A DNA stretch of 64,000 nucleotides from Vulcanimicrobiota bacterium (GCA_963786105.1 CAWAXX010000024.1:64001-128000), one strand, 5' to 3'; positions 1-11,480 are shown, counted from the first letter of the stretch. Notes: generated by a model not told the origin, from the sequence alone. Program-made: numbers and translations.

Positions 1-399
1 GTTGAACTGGTCCATCTTGCCTTTGTCGAACGCCTTGAACGTCCACTCGACCCCGTGATAGATCGTGGGCGCATTCCAACCGATGGCCTTCAGGTTGACT
101 TTGACCTCCTCGGGTTTGCTGCCTTTCATGACTTTCGCGTATCCATACATCGGCGCATCGGCGCCTTTGAATCCGGCGAACAAGTTCTCGAAGCTGCGAT
201 TCTCTTGCACGATGACGACGACGTGCTTGATGTAGTTCGAAACTGGAACGCCCGGCTCGATGCTCTCTTGGAGAATGGGGTCGCTTAGCGGCAACGCTGA
301 TGGAACGCTGCTGCGCGAGCCAGGCATGGAGCACCCTGACGTCATCAAGGCGATGACACAGGCGAAAATGCCTATCCGTTGAGTACAGATCCGCTTCAC
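1..399 (-). CDS. phospholipase C/AcpA-type phosphoesterase lipoprotein, N-terminal part (runs off window edge)
   Basis: Not in ORF track; translated by hand from GTG at 399 (GGAGG RBS upstream): MKRICTQRIGIFACVIALMTSGC... [21 protein letters not shown]; lipobox TSGC. Confidence 0.9.
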   Translation of the reverse strand, partial: MKRICTQRIGIFACVIALMTSGCSMPGSRSSVPSALPLSDPILQESIEPGVPVSNYIKHVVVIVQENRSFENLFAGFKGADAPMYGYAKVMKGSKPEEVKVNLKAIGWNAPTIYHGVEWTFKAFDKGKMDQFN

Positions 400-463
400 C
401 TGTGAAAGACCTCCCGACGCTCTCTTTGGAAAAGAGACGTTCGTGAGGCCGCAGGCCTCTCTC

Positions 464-910
464 CTACCCTTTGCGCCTATGGAACCAAGCGTGCACGTCG
501 CGCATCGTCGCCCACAGGCCGGCCCCGAACGTGAGGTAACGATTTCCGAGGAAGCCGACGACGGCGCTTGGGGGAATCGAGAGCGCCTTGGCCAGCAACG
601 GGGTGAGATGGAAAATGTACGTTCCCGCTTCGACGAACAGCAATGCCACGAGCCAGTTGACGAGCGTAACCGCGAGGTAGGTTCCGGCTTGAACGACGGC
701 CGCTCGATCGAAAGCGCGAAACGTCCAGTGCCGGTTCAAGAAGAACTGCAGCGCCGTGGCAACCCCATACGCCAGGGTCACCGCGACCGGAGGCGGCACG
801 TGCAATCGCAGCAGCGCCCAAAAGAGACTGAAGTCAATCAACGTTCCGATCGCACCGACGGCGGCGTACGTCGTAAACTGGCGAGTCAAGGCGTCCTTGG
901 CCGGTGGCAT
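464..910 (-). CDS. GtrA family polyprenyl-sugar translocase-like membrane protein
   Basis: 148 aa, four hydrophobic helices, YAAVGAIGTLID, FFLNRHWTF and FLGNRYLTF motifs. Confidence 0.9.
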   Translation of the reverse strand: MPPAKDALTRQFTTYAAVGAIGTLIDFSLFWALLRLHVPPPVAVTLAYGVATALQFFLNRHWTFRAFDRAAVVQAGTYLAVTLVNWLVALLFVEAGTYIFHLTPLLAKALSIPPSAVVGFLGNRYLTFGAGLWATMRDVHAWFHRRKG

Positions 911-972
911 CGGGCAGGAAGCCGTGCCGGAGGCTTCGCATTATCTCCGGGCACAAGCGATAAGGGGTAACC

Positions 973-2346
973 ATGCGCGCCAAGAGCATTGCCGTATTTT
1001 GTCTGGCAACGTTGGTTGCAGGGTGTTCGGCTGGTCGTGCGCCCGGAGGCCTGCAAGGGCCGGCCGGAAACGTCGTTCCGGCGCCGCCGGCCTTGGAGCA
1101 CGCGAGCGCCGAAAGTCTTCCGATCAGCCATTACATCAAGCACGTCGTCATCATCATTCAAGAAAACCGGAGCTTCGAGAACATCTTCGCGGGCTTCCCG
1201 AAAGCCGACGCGCCGATGTACGGCTATTTGCACAACGGAAACAAGATCGATCTCCACTCGCAGGACTTCAAGGGGAACGATTTGCCGCACGGTTATGCGG
1301 CGGCAATCTGGGACTATAACGGCGGCGCCATGAACGCCTTCGATACGGCCATTCAAAAATGGCCCCGCCCAGGCGAGAAGCCGACATATCCGTACGCGTA
1401 CCTCGATCGCAAGGACTCGGCGCCGTACTGGGCGATGGCGAAGCAGTACGTGCTCGCCGATCACATGTTCCCGACGGAATGGGGTAATAGCTTCACGGCG
1501 CACATCGATCTCATCGCCGCAACCACCTTTTTGAACGACCAGAAGACGCTCGCGCTGGTCGACACGCCGTCGGTTGGGCCGTGGGGCTGCGATTCGCCGA
1601 AAGGCGCGACGACGCCCACGCTCGACTCGCAGCTGCACCGGGTCTTAAAGGGGCCGTTTCCGTGTTTCACGCGCTTCGCAACGTTGGCGCACCCTCTCGA
1701 CGCGAAGGGCGTATCTTGGCGATACTACGCGCCGATCGTGCACGGTCCGGGCGGAATCTACTCGGCGTTCGACGCGATCAAACAAGTTCGCAACGGCCCC
1801 GATTGGAGCAAGGACGTCATTAGTCCGCAGACGCAGATCCTCACCGACGCCGCCAAGCCCGGCGGGTTGGCTTCGGTAACCTGGGTCGTGCCCACTGGAA
1901 TCGATTCGGATCATGCGGGCAACAACAGCGACACCGGTCCGTCGTGGGTGGCGGCGATCGTCAACACCATCGGCAAGAGCCCGTCTTGGCCTTCGACGGC
2001 CATCGTCGTGCTGTGGGACGACTGGGGCGGCTGGTACGACAACCTGGCACCGCCGCAATTGGATTTCCTCGGCTTGGGCGAGCGCGTGCCCGCGATCGTC
2101 ATCTCGCCCTACGCGAAGCCGGGCTACGTGTCGCAGACGCAGTACGAATTCGGAAGCGTCCTAAAGTTCACCGAGTCGGTGTTCAATTTGCCGTCGCTCG
2201 GCTTCAGCGACGAGCGTGCGACCGGTATCTCGGATGCCTTTGACTTTAGCCAAAAACCGCGCGCGTTCAAAGTTATTCCCGCCAAGTACCCGCCCAGCCA
2301 CTTCCTGCAGCGCCCGCCGACGTTCTTACCGCCGGACGACGACTAG
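973..2346 (+). CDS. phospholipase C/AcpA-type phosphoesterase lipoprotein
   Basis: Lipobox [52 protein letters not shown]. Confidence 0.92.
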   Translation: MRAKSIAVFCLATLVAGCSAGRAPGGLQGPAGNVVPAPPALEHASAESLPISHYIKHVVIIIQENRSFENIFAGFPKADAPMYGYLHNGNKIDLHSQDFKGNDLPHGYAAAIWDYNGGAMNAFDTAIQKWPRPGEKPTYPYAYLDRKDSAPYWAMAKQYVLADHMFPTEWGNSFTAHIDLIAATTFLNDQKTLALVDTPSVGPWGCDSPKGATTPTLDSQLHRVLKGPFPCFTRFATLAHPLDAKGVSWRYYAPIVHGPGGIYSAFDAIKQVRNGPDWSKDVISPQTQILTDAAKPGGLASVTWVVPTGIDSDHAGNNSDTGPSWVAAIVNTIGKSPSWPSTAIVVLWDDWGGWYDNLAPPQLDFLGLGERVPAIVISPYAKPGYVSQTQYEFGSVLKFTESVFNLPSLGFSDERATGISDAFDFSQKPRAFKVIPAKYPPSHFLQRPPTFLPPDDD

Positions 2347-2349
2347 CGG

Positions 2350-3153
2350 CTACGTTGCGACGCGCAGGCGATCGCAAAGCGCGCGCGTTTGTGCTTCGAA
2401 GTCCTCGTAGCGCGTGCCGAACAGCCGCTCGTAGAGCAACTCGCCGTCGTGCGGCCGACGGCAAAGACGCGCGACGTCGAACGCTGCGACCGATTCCCGA
2501 TGCGCAATCGCGCGTTCGTATAAGGCTCCGGGAAAGAGACCCAGCCACGTGCGCCACTGCGACCGGTAGTGACGGCACGCGAACGCGGCAGCCCACCGCG
2601 TCCGCAGCGGCATGACGGCGCGGCGCGACGCCTTGGCGGTCGGAAGCTGTCGCATCGTCGCGAAGAACGGCCGCGGGCAGCGGTAGGCGTTGTACAGCGA
2701 AAAATGCCATGATTCGGTTACTATGCCGTGGTTATTCGCAATGACGGCGGCAACCAGATGGGCGGCGTCGTGATCGGGATGACCGCCTTCGTAGGACGGC
2801 GCGTACAGCCTCTGAGGGGCGAACGACGAACGTTCGATCCAACGTTCGATCGCGTCGACGGCTTCACACGATCGAGCGGCGAGCTCCTGGTCGGCAATGC
2901 GCCCGCTATTGGTCCGCACGATCGCGATGCTTTCGTCGCCAACGCCCAGCGACCGCAGGACGCTCCGGCTTTCCTCATCGCGCACCTCCGGATCCGCGCG
3001 GCTTCCGCCGTCCGTTAGGTACAAGCAAGCGATAGCCGTACCGCGCGCGACCTCTTCGAGGATCCACGGTATTGCGGCGTACTCGTCGTCCTGATGCGCG
3101 AAGGCGAAGAGCGCACGCGTGACCGTCGTCGAGGGCTTGGGGCTGGAGGCCAC
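2350..3153 (-). CDS. PIG-L/LmbE family deacetylase
   Basis: AHQDDE and GGHPDHDA zinc-binding motifs, LTDG, R..E. Confidence 0.88.
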   Translation of the reverse strand: MASSPKPSTTVTRALFAFAHQDDEYAAIPWILEEVARGTAIACLYLTDGGSRADPEVRDEESRSVLRSLGVGDESIAIVRTNSGRIADQELAARSCEAVDAIERWIERSSFAPQRLYAPSYEGGHPDHDAAHLVAAVIANNHGIVTESWHFSLYNAYRCPRPFFATMRQLPTAKASRRAVMPLRTRWAAAFACRHYRSQWRTWLGLFPGALYERAIAHRESVAAFDVARLCRRPHDGELLYERLFGTRYEDFEAQTRALCDRLRVAT

Positions 3154-3260
3154 GGTCGATACATGCGGCGCCTACGAAGGCATCCCCCCCGGGTAGGACA
3201 GCCGTTTGATTGGCGGCGAAACCATGATTGCCCGGAATACGGCAAAAGGAGAACTCCGTC

Positions 3261-4685
3261 GTGAGAAGGCTCGCTATCTTGCTCGTCGCAACGTTGGTCG
3301 TTGGTTGTAGCGGTCCGATATCGCAAGGTTCGGCGGTGCCGGCCGCGCCGGTGCGCGGCTCTATGCGCGCGCTCGAAGCCGCGAGAGTTGTTCCGCGATC
3401 GACGAAAATTCAATACGTCATCGTCATGGTGCAGGAGAACCGCAGTTTCGACAATTTCTTTTACGGGTTCCCCGGCGCCGACTATGCCAAGTCCGGGATG
3501 GGTCACGGCAAGGTCTATCCGATGATGCCGGTGGGCTTAAAATTTAAGTTCGTTCTCAATCACAGCCACTCGCAGTTTCTCGAGGACTACGATGGAGGCA
3601 AGAACGACGGCTTCGACGACATGATCTCCGGCTGGTTCCACGGACCCGGTTGCAAAGACTATCGTAACCATCCGGCGTGCTGGGACTTCTATCCCGAAAA
3701 AGAAATCAAGAAGATGGCGTATTCCTATGTCAAGCAAGTCGACATTCAGCCGTACTGGACGATGGCGCAGGAGTACGGGCTTGGCGACCACACGTTTACC
3801 TCCAACAGCGGACCGACGTTTCCGGCCCATCAGTATTATATTGCCGGACAGTCGGCCCACACGTCGGAAGTGCCCGCGGGGAACCCCTGGGGCTGCGACG
3901 GACCGCCGAGCAACAGCGTCGTGAAGCTCATCTACGGATATCCGTCGCCGCCGCACGACTTTTCAAAGGCCACCGGCCACGAAGTTGATGGCCCGTTCCC
4001 GTGCTTTGACTACATGACGATTGCGGATTTGCTCGACGCGGCGGGCGTATCGTGGCACTACTACGTCTCAAACCCGATCGACTCGTCGTTAAACGGATTC
4101 GCTGCCGTCAGGGCAGTGCGCTACGGGCCGGATTGGGCAAATATGGAGACCAACACTGACATCTTCAAAGACATCACCAACGGGAATTTAGCACACGTTT
4201 CGTGGGTGACGCCCTCACCGCCCAACTCCGATCATCCCGGTCCGGATAGCGGCTCGGGCGGCCCGGACTGGGTCGCGTCGGTCGTGAACGCCGTCGGCGA
4301 GAGCAAATACTGGAACAACGCGGCAATCGTCATTATGTGGGACGATTGGGGCGGCTGGTACGACCACGTCCCGCCCCCGCAGCTTCCGGATCGAAAGACG
4401 GGCGCGTACGAGGGCCTCGGCTTTCGCACGCCGTTGATCGTCGTCTCGCCGTACGCGAAGACGCACTATATTTCGCACCACCAGCACGAACTCGCCAGCA
4501 GCATGACCTTCATCGAAAAAATATTCGGCCTTCCGTCGCTCGGGCTGGCGGATGCTCGGGCCGACGCCTTTAGCGACATGTTCAACTTTTCGCAGAAACC
4601 GACGCCGTTCCAACCGATACCGACGCACCTCGACGCGAAGTACTTCATCGACCATCCGTCTTCCGGACAGGTCGACGAAGAGTAG
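3261..4685 (+). CDS. phospholipase C/AcpA-type phosphoesterase lipoprotein
   Basis: GTG 3261 behind AGGAG gives MRRLAILLVATLVVGC lipobox; [29 protein letters not shown]. Confidence 0.92.
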   Translation: MRRLAILLVATLVVGCSGPISQGSAVPAAPVRGSMRALEAARVVPRSTKIQYVIVMVQENRSFDNFFYGFPGADYAKSGMGHGKVYPMMPVGLKFKFVLNHSHSQFLEDYDGGKNDGFDDMISGWFHGPGCKDYRNHPACWDFYPEKEIKKMAYSYVKQVDIQPYWTMAQEYGLGDHTFTSNSGPTFPAHQYYIAGQSAHTSEVPAGNPWGCDGPPSNSVVKLIYGYPSPPHDFSKATGHEVDGPFPCFDYMTIADLLDAAGVSWHYYVSNPIDSSLNGFAAVRAVRYGPDWANMETNTDIFKDITNGNLAHVSWVTPSPPNSDHPGPDSGSGGPDWVASVVNAVGESKYWNNAAIVIMWDDWGGWYDHVPPPQLPDRKTGAYEGLGFRTPLIVVSPYAKTHYISHHQHELASSMTFIEKIFGLPSLGLADARADAFSDMFNFSQKPTPFQPIPTHLDAKYFIDHPSSGQVDEE

Positions 4686-4697
4686 GCGGCCCGCCGG

Positions 4698-5936
4698 CTA
4701 GTGCTCGAAGACGATTTCGTCGATGCGGGGTCCGACGTCGCGGATGTCGCCGCTGATTCCGAGATCGCTGTGGTTCACCGTCGCCGATGACGTGATGCGC
4801 ATGGTCGTCGACTGCCCCTTGGCAATGCGCCGGTCGCAACGTAACGTGATTTTCCCGGCCGACGCCGGAACGCGCGCGACGACCTTTCCATCGACTTCTA
4901 CGGCGACTTCGGTGTTGGCCGGCATTCCGGCCGGAACCGTCGCTTGGACGATCCAGCTGCGAATGTCGCGCAGCGGTTCGAGCGTAAATTCGAGGGCGCC
5001 GTCGGTCCAGCCGTCTTCGTACCCACCCTTGATCTTGCCCGTCTGGCGGACGTATCCGACGAGCGGCAAGCGAAGCAACGGCAGCATCCCAGCGAGGCGC
5101 GCGCGGTAAAATTCGACTAGCGCCGTCGCCGATTTGGTGCCTTCGGGCCCGCTGCCGGCGAGGGCGTCGGCAACCGGCTTGCCGCTGACGGCGCGACTGT
5201 ATGCGCGAATCACGTCCATGCGCTCGCCGAAGGCCGCGACGCGTCCCTTGTCGAGCCACAGCGCGACGTCGCAAAGCGACGCCACCGTCGACGTGTCGTG
5301 GGTCGCGATGATCGTCGTCCGGCCGCGGCTCCTGAAATCGTCGAGCCAGGCCACGCACTTTGCCTTGAAATGTTCGTCTCCGACCGCGAACACTTCGTCG
5401 ATGAGCAGGATCTCCGGGTCCACGCGAATGGCGGCGGCGAATGCCAGCCGCATCGCCATGCCGGTCGAGTACGTTCGAATCGGGGCGTCGATGAACTCGC
5501 CGAGCTCGGAGAATTCGATCACGTCGTCGAGCTGCGCCTTTGCCTCTTCGCGGCTCAGATCCAAGGGTCAAAAGTTCGATCAAGGGCATTTTCCCGACCG
5601 CTAAAGTCCGGATAGAAGCCGATGCCCAATGACAAAAGAGGGGCGACGGAGCCCTGGATCTGCAGCTCCCCCTCGTCGGCTTTCGTGACGCCGGCCAGGA
5701 TGCGAAGGAGCGTCGTCTTACCGGATCCGTTTTCGCCGATCAAGCCGAGCGTCTGGCCGCGCTCGAGCGTAAACGTGACGTCCTTTAGCGCATCGACCAC
5801 GCCGTAGCGGCCCTCGAAGTGGACACGCTTAATGACTAAGTCCTTCAGCGTCGTTGGCCTAGCGGTAGCCTGAAAACGAAAACTCTTCGAAATCCCGACC
5901 GCTTCGACCGCGTTCGTTCGTTAAGGTGGAGATCAT
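4698..5936 (-). CDS. wzt: polysaccharide ABC transporter ATP-binding subunit Wzt with C-terminal accessory domain (3 apparent +1 frameshifts)
   Basis: GENGSGKTT Walker A, YSTGMAMRLAF signature, ILLIDE Walker B, THD switch; frame changes near 5915, 5585 and 5560; start ATG 5936 MISTLT-NAVEAVGISKSF. Confidence 0.88.
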
Positions 5937-5998
5937 TGCGCTAATATTCGTTACGCGATGATAGGAGGTCCCCCCGGCCCTCCGGTAAGCATTGTGTT

Positions 5999-8218
5999 GT
6001 GACCCACCCGAACATGAACGCCGAGCTTGCGGCGCGGCTGAGCGACGAGCGGCAACGCCTCGACGACCTCCGCTCGGATTATGAGTTCATTATGCGAAGC
6101 CGCTTTCATGCGCTTCGGGTGCTGTGGTTTTCGCTCAAGCAAGTACTCGGCATCGCGTCGCCCGACGACGTCTTCGCCACCTGGTCCCCCGGCATGGAAC
6201 AACGCCCGACTGCCGGCGGGGCGGCCAGCGGAGGCGCGGCGCTGCGATACGCGGAGACGTTGCTCGTAGACGGCTGGAACGAACGCGTGGCGGCGCGCTC
6301 GATGGCGGATCCGCCGACGGTCAGCATCGTCATTCCGGTTTACAATCATCGCGACGTCACCGTGCGGTGTCTTCAATCGATCGCGGAGTCGTGGTTCGAA
6401 ACCCTGAACGTGCAGTTCGTCGTCGTCGACGACGGATCGTTCGACGGCACGTCCGACGTCGTCACGTCGCTGGCCGGCGTCGACTACGTGCGCAGCGGCA
6501 AGAACGAGGGTTTCGTTCGAGCGTGCAATCGCGGAGCCGCCATCGCGCGCGGCAAGTACGTGTGTTTTCTTAACAACGATACGACCGTCCGCGACGGCTG
6601 GCTGGAACATCTCGTTAATACGGCCGAAGCGGATCCGAAGGTGGGCGTCGTCGGATCGAAGCTCATCTATCCGGACGGCCGGCTGCAGGAAGCCGGAAAC
6701 ATTCTTTGGCGCGACGCGACCGGGTGGAACGTCGGCCACTCCGAGAATCCGGACGACCCTCGATACAACTTCTTGCGCGACGCCGATTACGTTTCGGGTG
6801 CGGCGTTGTTGATTCGCAGGGAACTATTCGAACGACTGGGCGGGTTCTCCGAAGCATATCGGCCGGCGTATTACGAAGATGCGGATTTATGTTTGGGCGT
6901 GCGATCGCTCGGCTATCGAGTCGTGTATCAGCCGCGCTCGGAGATCGTGCATTACGAGGGCCTTACGTCGGGTGACGAACGCTCGGGCGTGAAGCGCTTT
7001 CAAGAAATCAACCGGCCAAAGTTCCGCGCGAAGTGGGCTGCCGTACTCGGGACGCATTTTGAAAACAATCACGCGAACGTCGTGCCGGCATGGCGGCGAG
7101 GCAGCCCCGGCAAGACGATTCTGATCGTCGACTCGTACGTCCCGCTTTACGATCACGAGGCCGGTTCGCAGCGAATGCTGCACGTCGTCAAGATGTTGCG
7201 CGATGCCGGCTATTCCGTCGTGTTTCTTCCCGACAACTACGCACCGTTGCAGCCGTACACGCACGAGCTCCAGCAGCTTGGCGTGGAAGTGCTTCACCAC
7301 ATCGACGGCGGCAAAACGCTGCAAGAGGCGCTCGCCGACGTCCTCCCGCTGGTAGACATCGCTTGGATTAGCCGCCCGGACCTCTTTCAAAAGTACGCTC
7401 CGCTCGTGCGCGCGGCTCCGCGAGTTCGAATCATTTACGACACCGTCGATCTCGGCCACGTGCGCCGTCGCCGGCAAGCCGAGTTGTTGGGGGAGGACGA
7501 CGCGGGCTGGCGCGAGATGCTGAACGTCGAGTCCGATTGCGTTCGTAACGCCGACGTAACCGTCGTCGTTACGGCCGACGAAAAGCGCGTTCTCGAGGAC
7601 CTCGGCTTCGGAAACGTCTTCGTGATTCCCACGATTCACGATGTGATCGCCCGCGAAGAGCGCCGGTTCGCCGACACCAGCGGGCTGCTCTTCATCGCGA
7701 ATTACAACCATCCGCCCAACGTCGATGCCGTTGCGTGGCTCTGCGAAGCCGTCATGCCGATCGTTTGGCAGAGACTCCCCGACGTCACCCTAACGCTGGT
7801 CGGGAGCAATCCTTCTCAAGCCGTCCTCGCTTTGAAGTCGGAACGCGTGCGAGTGACCGGATACGTCCGCGACGTCTCGCCGCACTTTTTGAGAAGCCGC
7901 GTCTTCGTCGCTCCGTTGCGCTTCGGCGCGGGAATGAAGGGCAAGATCGGTCACGCCCTTTCATACGCCCTACCGGTCGTCACTACACCGGTCGGTGCCG
8001 AGGGCCTGGGTTTGCGGCACGGCGAGAACGCCGTGCTTGCCGAAGCGGATCCGGAAAGGTTTGCCGAAGCGATCGTTTCGCTCTACGGTGACGAGGAGCG
8101 CTGGAAACGGATCTCCGCCGCGGCAGCGGCGACGCTGCAGCCGTTCTCGTCGGAAGCAGTCGCCGTGCAGCTGCGATCGCTGCTCGAGCGACTGTCGCTC
8201 ATGCACCTATCATCCTAA
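5999..8218 (+). CDS. bifunctional GT2 + GT4 glycosyltransferase
   Basis: VSIVIPVYN, VVDDGS, FLNND, YYEDADLC (GT2); C-terminal NYNHPPNVDA, APLRFGAGMKGK (GT4-like). Confidence 0.92.
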   Translation: MTHPNMNAELAARLSDERQRLDDLRSDYEFIMRSRFHALRVLWFSLKQVLGIASPDDVFATWSPGMEQRPTAGGAASGGAALRYAETLLVDGWNERVAARSMADPPTVSIVIPVYNHRDVTVRCLQSIAESWFETLNVQFVVVDDGSFDGTSDVVTSLAGVDYVRSGKNEGFVRACNRGAAIARGKYVCFLNNDTTVRDGWLEHLVNTAEADPKVGVVGSKLIYPDGRLQEAGNILWRDATGWNVGHSENPDDPRYNFLRDADYVSGAALLIRRELFERLGGFSEAYRPAYYEDADLCLGVRSLGYRVVYQPRSEIVHYEGLTSGDERSGVKRFQEINRPKFRAKWAAVLGTHFENNHANVVPAWRRGSPGKTILIVDSYVPLYDHEAGSQRMLHVVKMLRDAGYSVVFLPDNYAPLQPYTHELQQLGVEVLHHIDGGKTLQEALADVLPLVDIAWISRPDLFQKYAPLVRAAPRVRIIYDTVDLGHVRRRRQAELLGEDDAGWREMLNVESDCVRNADVTVVVTADEKRVLEDLGFGNVFVIPTIHDVIAREERRFADTSGLLFIANYNHPPNVDAVAWLCEAVMPIVWQRLPDVTLTLVGSNPSQAVLALKSERVRVTGYVRDVSPHFLRSRVFVAPLRFGAGMKGKIGHALSYALPVVTTPVGAEGLGLRHGENAVLAEADPERFAEAIVSLYGDEERWKRISAAAAATLQPFSSEAVAVQLRSLLERLSLMHLSS

Positions 8219-8233
8219 GCGGAGCGCCACAGC

Positions 8234-10294
8234 TCAGGATGACAGGCCGGCGGTGCGCAGCACGTCGTCGAGCCGTTGGGCGACCGCGCTCGGTGTGAAT
8301 TGTGCGGCGATCGCGCGGCCGGCTTCGGCAAGGGCGTTCCACGATACCGCATCCTCGTGAAGGCGCACGATGCGCGCGGCCAACTGCTCCGGCGCGGCGT
8401 CGATCGCATCGTATTCTCCGAAATCGAAGATGCCTTCGGCACCGACCGGCGTCGTGACCACCGGGATGCCCCGCGCCAGCGCGTAGATGATTTTCCCTTT
8501 CAGGCCCGCGCCGAATCGAATCGGTGCGGCGAAGACGCGAGCCCGCGCGAGCAGCGCCGTCAACGTCCGCAACGTAGCCCGTTACCTCAACGTTGGGCTG
8601 CGCCAGCGCGCGCACCGCGCGCGTCGGATCCGCGCCCGCAAGCGTGAGGTGCACGCCGGGTAGCCGCTGCCGCACCAGCGGCATGATCGCCGTGGCGAGC
8701 CAACAGGCGGCATCGACGTTCGGCGCGTGCGCGTAGTTTCCAAGAAACACGATGCCGCGTCGCGATTCCCACCCGGGCAGCTTCTCGGTAACGGCCGGCT
8801 CGATCACCGGAATGTCGCAGACGCGCGCGATGCCGTCCGCGCGAAGCCGATCGCGCTCGGGTACGCCGGTCGTTACGGTAACGTCGGCGGCGCGTGCGAG
8901 GAGCAGTTCCCGCTGCTGCATCGACTGCCAACGCGTGCGCGTGCCGCGTACCTCTTGTTCTCGCCGGAGACGCACGTAGTGAAGATCCACGGTGTCGAAC
9001 ACGATACGTCGGGTCGAAGTTCCGGCGGAATGCCGATAAGACGCGTGCGGCCGGTCCTTGCCGGCACAACCAGGCAGCGTCGACGGCGATGTGGAGCCGT
9101 TTCAACGCGGCGACCGAATCCGGGCCGAACCCGCAGATCAGCTCGGTGCCGAGATCGCGAAGAACGTCGGAATAGGGCTGATAGTCGTTGCGATCGAGGC
9201 TGCCGAAGATGACGTGCCATCCGCGTTTGCGCAGGAGCTCGATCAGAAAGAAGATGCGACGCGATCCGGCGTCTCGGTCGGTAAAAGGCACGTGCTCGTC
9301 CACGACGACGATCGTGCGCGTGCCGGACAGCCGCCGCGCGGCGCGCTCGATCTGCTCGGGGTTCGGCTCCATGTGGTCGCGCAACGCGTCGTGCCATTTG
9401 GCAGCGAATCGGTGGCGGCTGCGCTCCTGCATCGCGCGCGCCTCTTCGCGCAGGTTGCTGCCGTAGCTCGCGCCTTCCACATGATCGACGATCGAACGAG
9501 GCTGATACCGTATCCGGTAGCCTTTTGCGCGTAGCGCGAAGCACAAGTCGGTGTCTTCGTAGTAAGCCGGCGCCAAGTCGGATGCGAATCCGCCGGCTTC
9601 CGTAAACGCACTCGTTCGCACCATGAGGCTGGCGGCGGAGCCGTAATCCACGTCGCGAGGAGTGCGATAGCGCCAGTCGCCCGGCGAATCTCCGCGTCCG
9701 TAGTTCGACCCCTGAGCGTCGCGCCATACAACGCCGCCGGCGTCGGCAAGCGAGCCGTCGGGATACCGAAGCTGCGAAACGACGGCGCCGATGCGCTCGT
9801 CGCTCCCAAACGCATCGAGCAGCGGTCGCAACCAGCCATTTTCGACGAACGCATCGTTATTGAGAAAATGCAGGTACGCACCGCGCGCCACCGCCGCGCC
9901 GGCGTTACACGCGGCGGCGAATCCTCCGTTACGCTCGAGCCGAACGACCCGAATACCGGTGCATCGTTCGAGAAGTTCCGGCGTTCGATCGGTTGAGGCG
10001 TCGTCGACGACAATGACTTCCGATGAGATAGTGGAATCGTTTGCGCGCGCGAGCGCTCTCAGACATCCGTTCGTGTAGCGCCATTGATTGAAAACCGGAA
10101 CGACGATCGAGACGAGCGGAGCGTCGCGAGCGCTTGGGAACTCGACCGGAGAAGGTGTCGCCGGCAGGTGCCAGGCACGGCGAACGGCGCGCGCGCGCCG
10201 GATGGCCGCAGCTCTCGCGACGACGCGCCCGCGCAGCCACCGCTGCGCGCGTTGAAGGAAGACCAGGGGACCGTGCGCTACCCCGACGCTCCAA
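8234..10294 (-). CDS. bifunctional GT2 + GT4 glycosyltransferase, paralog of 5999..8218 (several apparent +1 frameshifts; start approximate)
   Basis: VSIVVPVFN, VVDDAS, FLNND, YYEDTDLC, FDTVDLH, NYAHAPNVDA, APIRFGAGLKGK in successive frames; shifts near 10195, 9008 and 8558. Confidence 0.85.
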
Positions 10295-10300
10295 GCTTTT

Positions 10301-10846
10301 CTAAATATAGCCCACCCGGATCAGCATGATGCTGAGTTCGCGCCGGTCGTCGTTGAGACCGATGTTCTTCGGTACCCATTTTATCGACATCGCCAGCGAC
10401 GCGGCGAGATGGCGCTTCGGTCGAAGCGACGGCGGAATCGTGACGGTCACGTCTTGCATGCCGGGCGATAGCTCCGCCGGCGGTCCGGCCGGTTTTCCAT
10501 TGAAGCGAACGATGACGCGTTCGCGATTCTTCGTGAGTGGTTCGACCGACGGAATGTAAAAGGTGAAGACCGCGAGTTGCGAACCGGGCGGATTGTCGAG
10601 CACCAGCAGTGAGGTTCCGGCGAGGAAGCAGCACGTCTTGGCCGTTTCCGCCGGATAAATTCCCGTTCGTCGCGAGCTTGCCCAATCCGCAGGCGGCACG
10701 ATCCCGGCGGGATAGATTGCGGCCGGCGCAGCGGTGCCGCTACTTCCTTCAGCCGTCGCTTCGCTCCGTTCGTGCGAACAGGCGGCGAGAAGCGCTATCG
10801 AAGCGAGCAGCACGGCGCGGATGCAAGTGGCGAGCGCATTCGTCAT
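10301..10846 (-). CDS. hypothetical lipoprotein, beta-rich domain ending IGLNDDRRELS
   Basis: Lipobox LLAAC; paralogous to 10857..11454 (G.Y...CC[FW], D.R.L). Confidence 0.8.
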   Translation of the reverse strand: MTNALATCIRAVLLASIALLAACSHERSEATAEGSSGTAAPAAIYPAGIVPPADWASSRRTGIYPAETAKTCCFLAGTSLLVLDNPPGSQLAVFTFYIPSVEPLTKNRERVIVRFNGKPAGPPAELSPGMQDVTVTIPPSLRPKRHLAASLAMSIKWVPKNIGLNDDRRELSIMLIRVGYI

Positions 10847-10856
10847 CGGTAACCGC

Positions 10857-11454
10857 CTATTTGAAGTAGAGGTAGAGGACGACCACGCCGAGATGCCGCG
10901 TGTCGCCCTCGCTGTCGGCAGATCGCAGGCGAAGGAGCGACAGCAGTGAACGCGAGGGCGGGTTGTCCCGGCTTGGAACGTAATCGACCGCGCTGGCGAC
11001 CGCGATCGGTACCAATCCCGTCGTGCGGCGAAGTCTTTTCGGAAGCGGTATCGCGAGCGTTAGTTGCTGGCCGGGCTGCAGACTCCGGCGGAGCCGCGGC
11101 GCGGAGTCGCCGGGAAGAGAAATCGTCACCACTTGACCGCCGGAAAAACGCGGGACGTTAGGGACTCGAAAACCGCCGATGAGTTCGCTCGCCGGGCCGC
11201 GTTTGCGCACCAAGAGCGTCGCGCGCGGCGCGATCCAGCAACAGGAAAATGCCGCCGAGCCTTCCAGATATAACCCGTTGAACGCTGCCGGACCGTCGCC
11301 CACGTTGGTGGGAACGGCAACGTCCGGCGGTGCGATCGTGCCGTGAAGATGAAAAGACGACGTATCGTAAACGGCGTCGCGCGGTCCACAAGCGGAAAGC
11401 AGCGCCACGCCGAGGATTGCGAACGCGAACGCGAACGAGCGGGAAGGCTTCCAT
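10857..11454 (-). CDS. hypothetical lipoprotein, beta-rich domain ending GDTRHLG (start inferred)
   Basis: Lipobox LLSAC; ATG 11454 gives MEAFRSFAFAFAILGVALLSAC if one base of the CCC run (~11442) is removed; the alternative in-frame ATG 11498 overlaps the divergent gene. Confidence 0.75.
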
Positions 11455-11480
11455 AGCGCAGTCGCGCAAAGGGCGAATCG

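Noticed and set aside
415..443. Hairpin between gtrA and the first PLC as a terminator
   Set aside because: Imperfect stem with no U-tract; cannot be called
10290..10320. Fusion of lipoprotein 10301..10846 to the downstream glycosyltransferase by removing one G
   Set aside because: Topologically implausible, and the lipoprotein ends where its paralog and the related domains end
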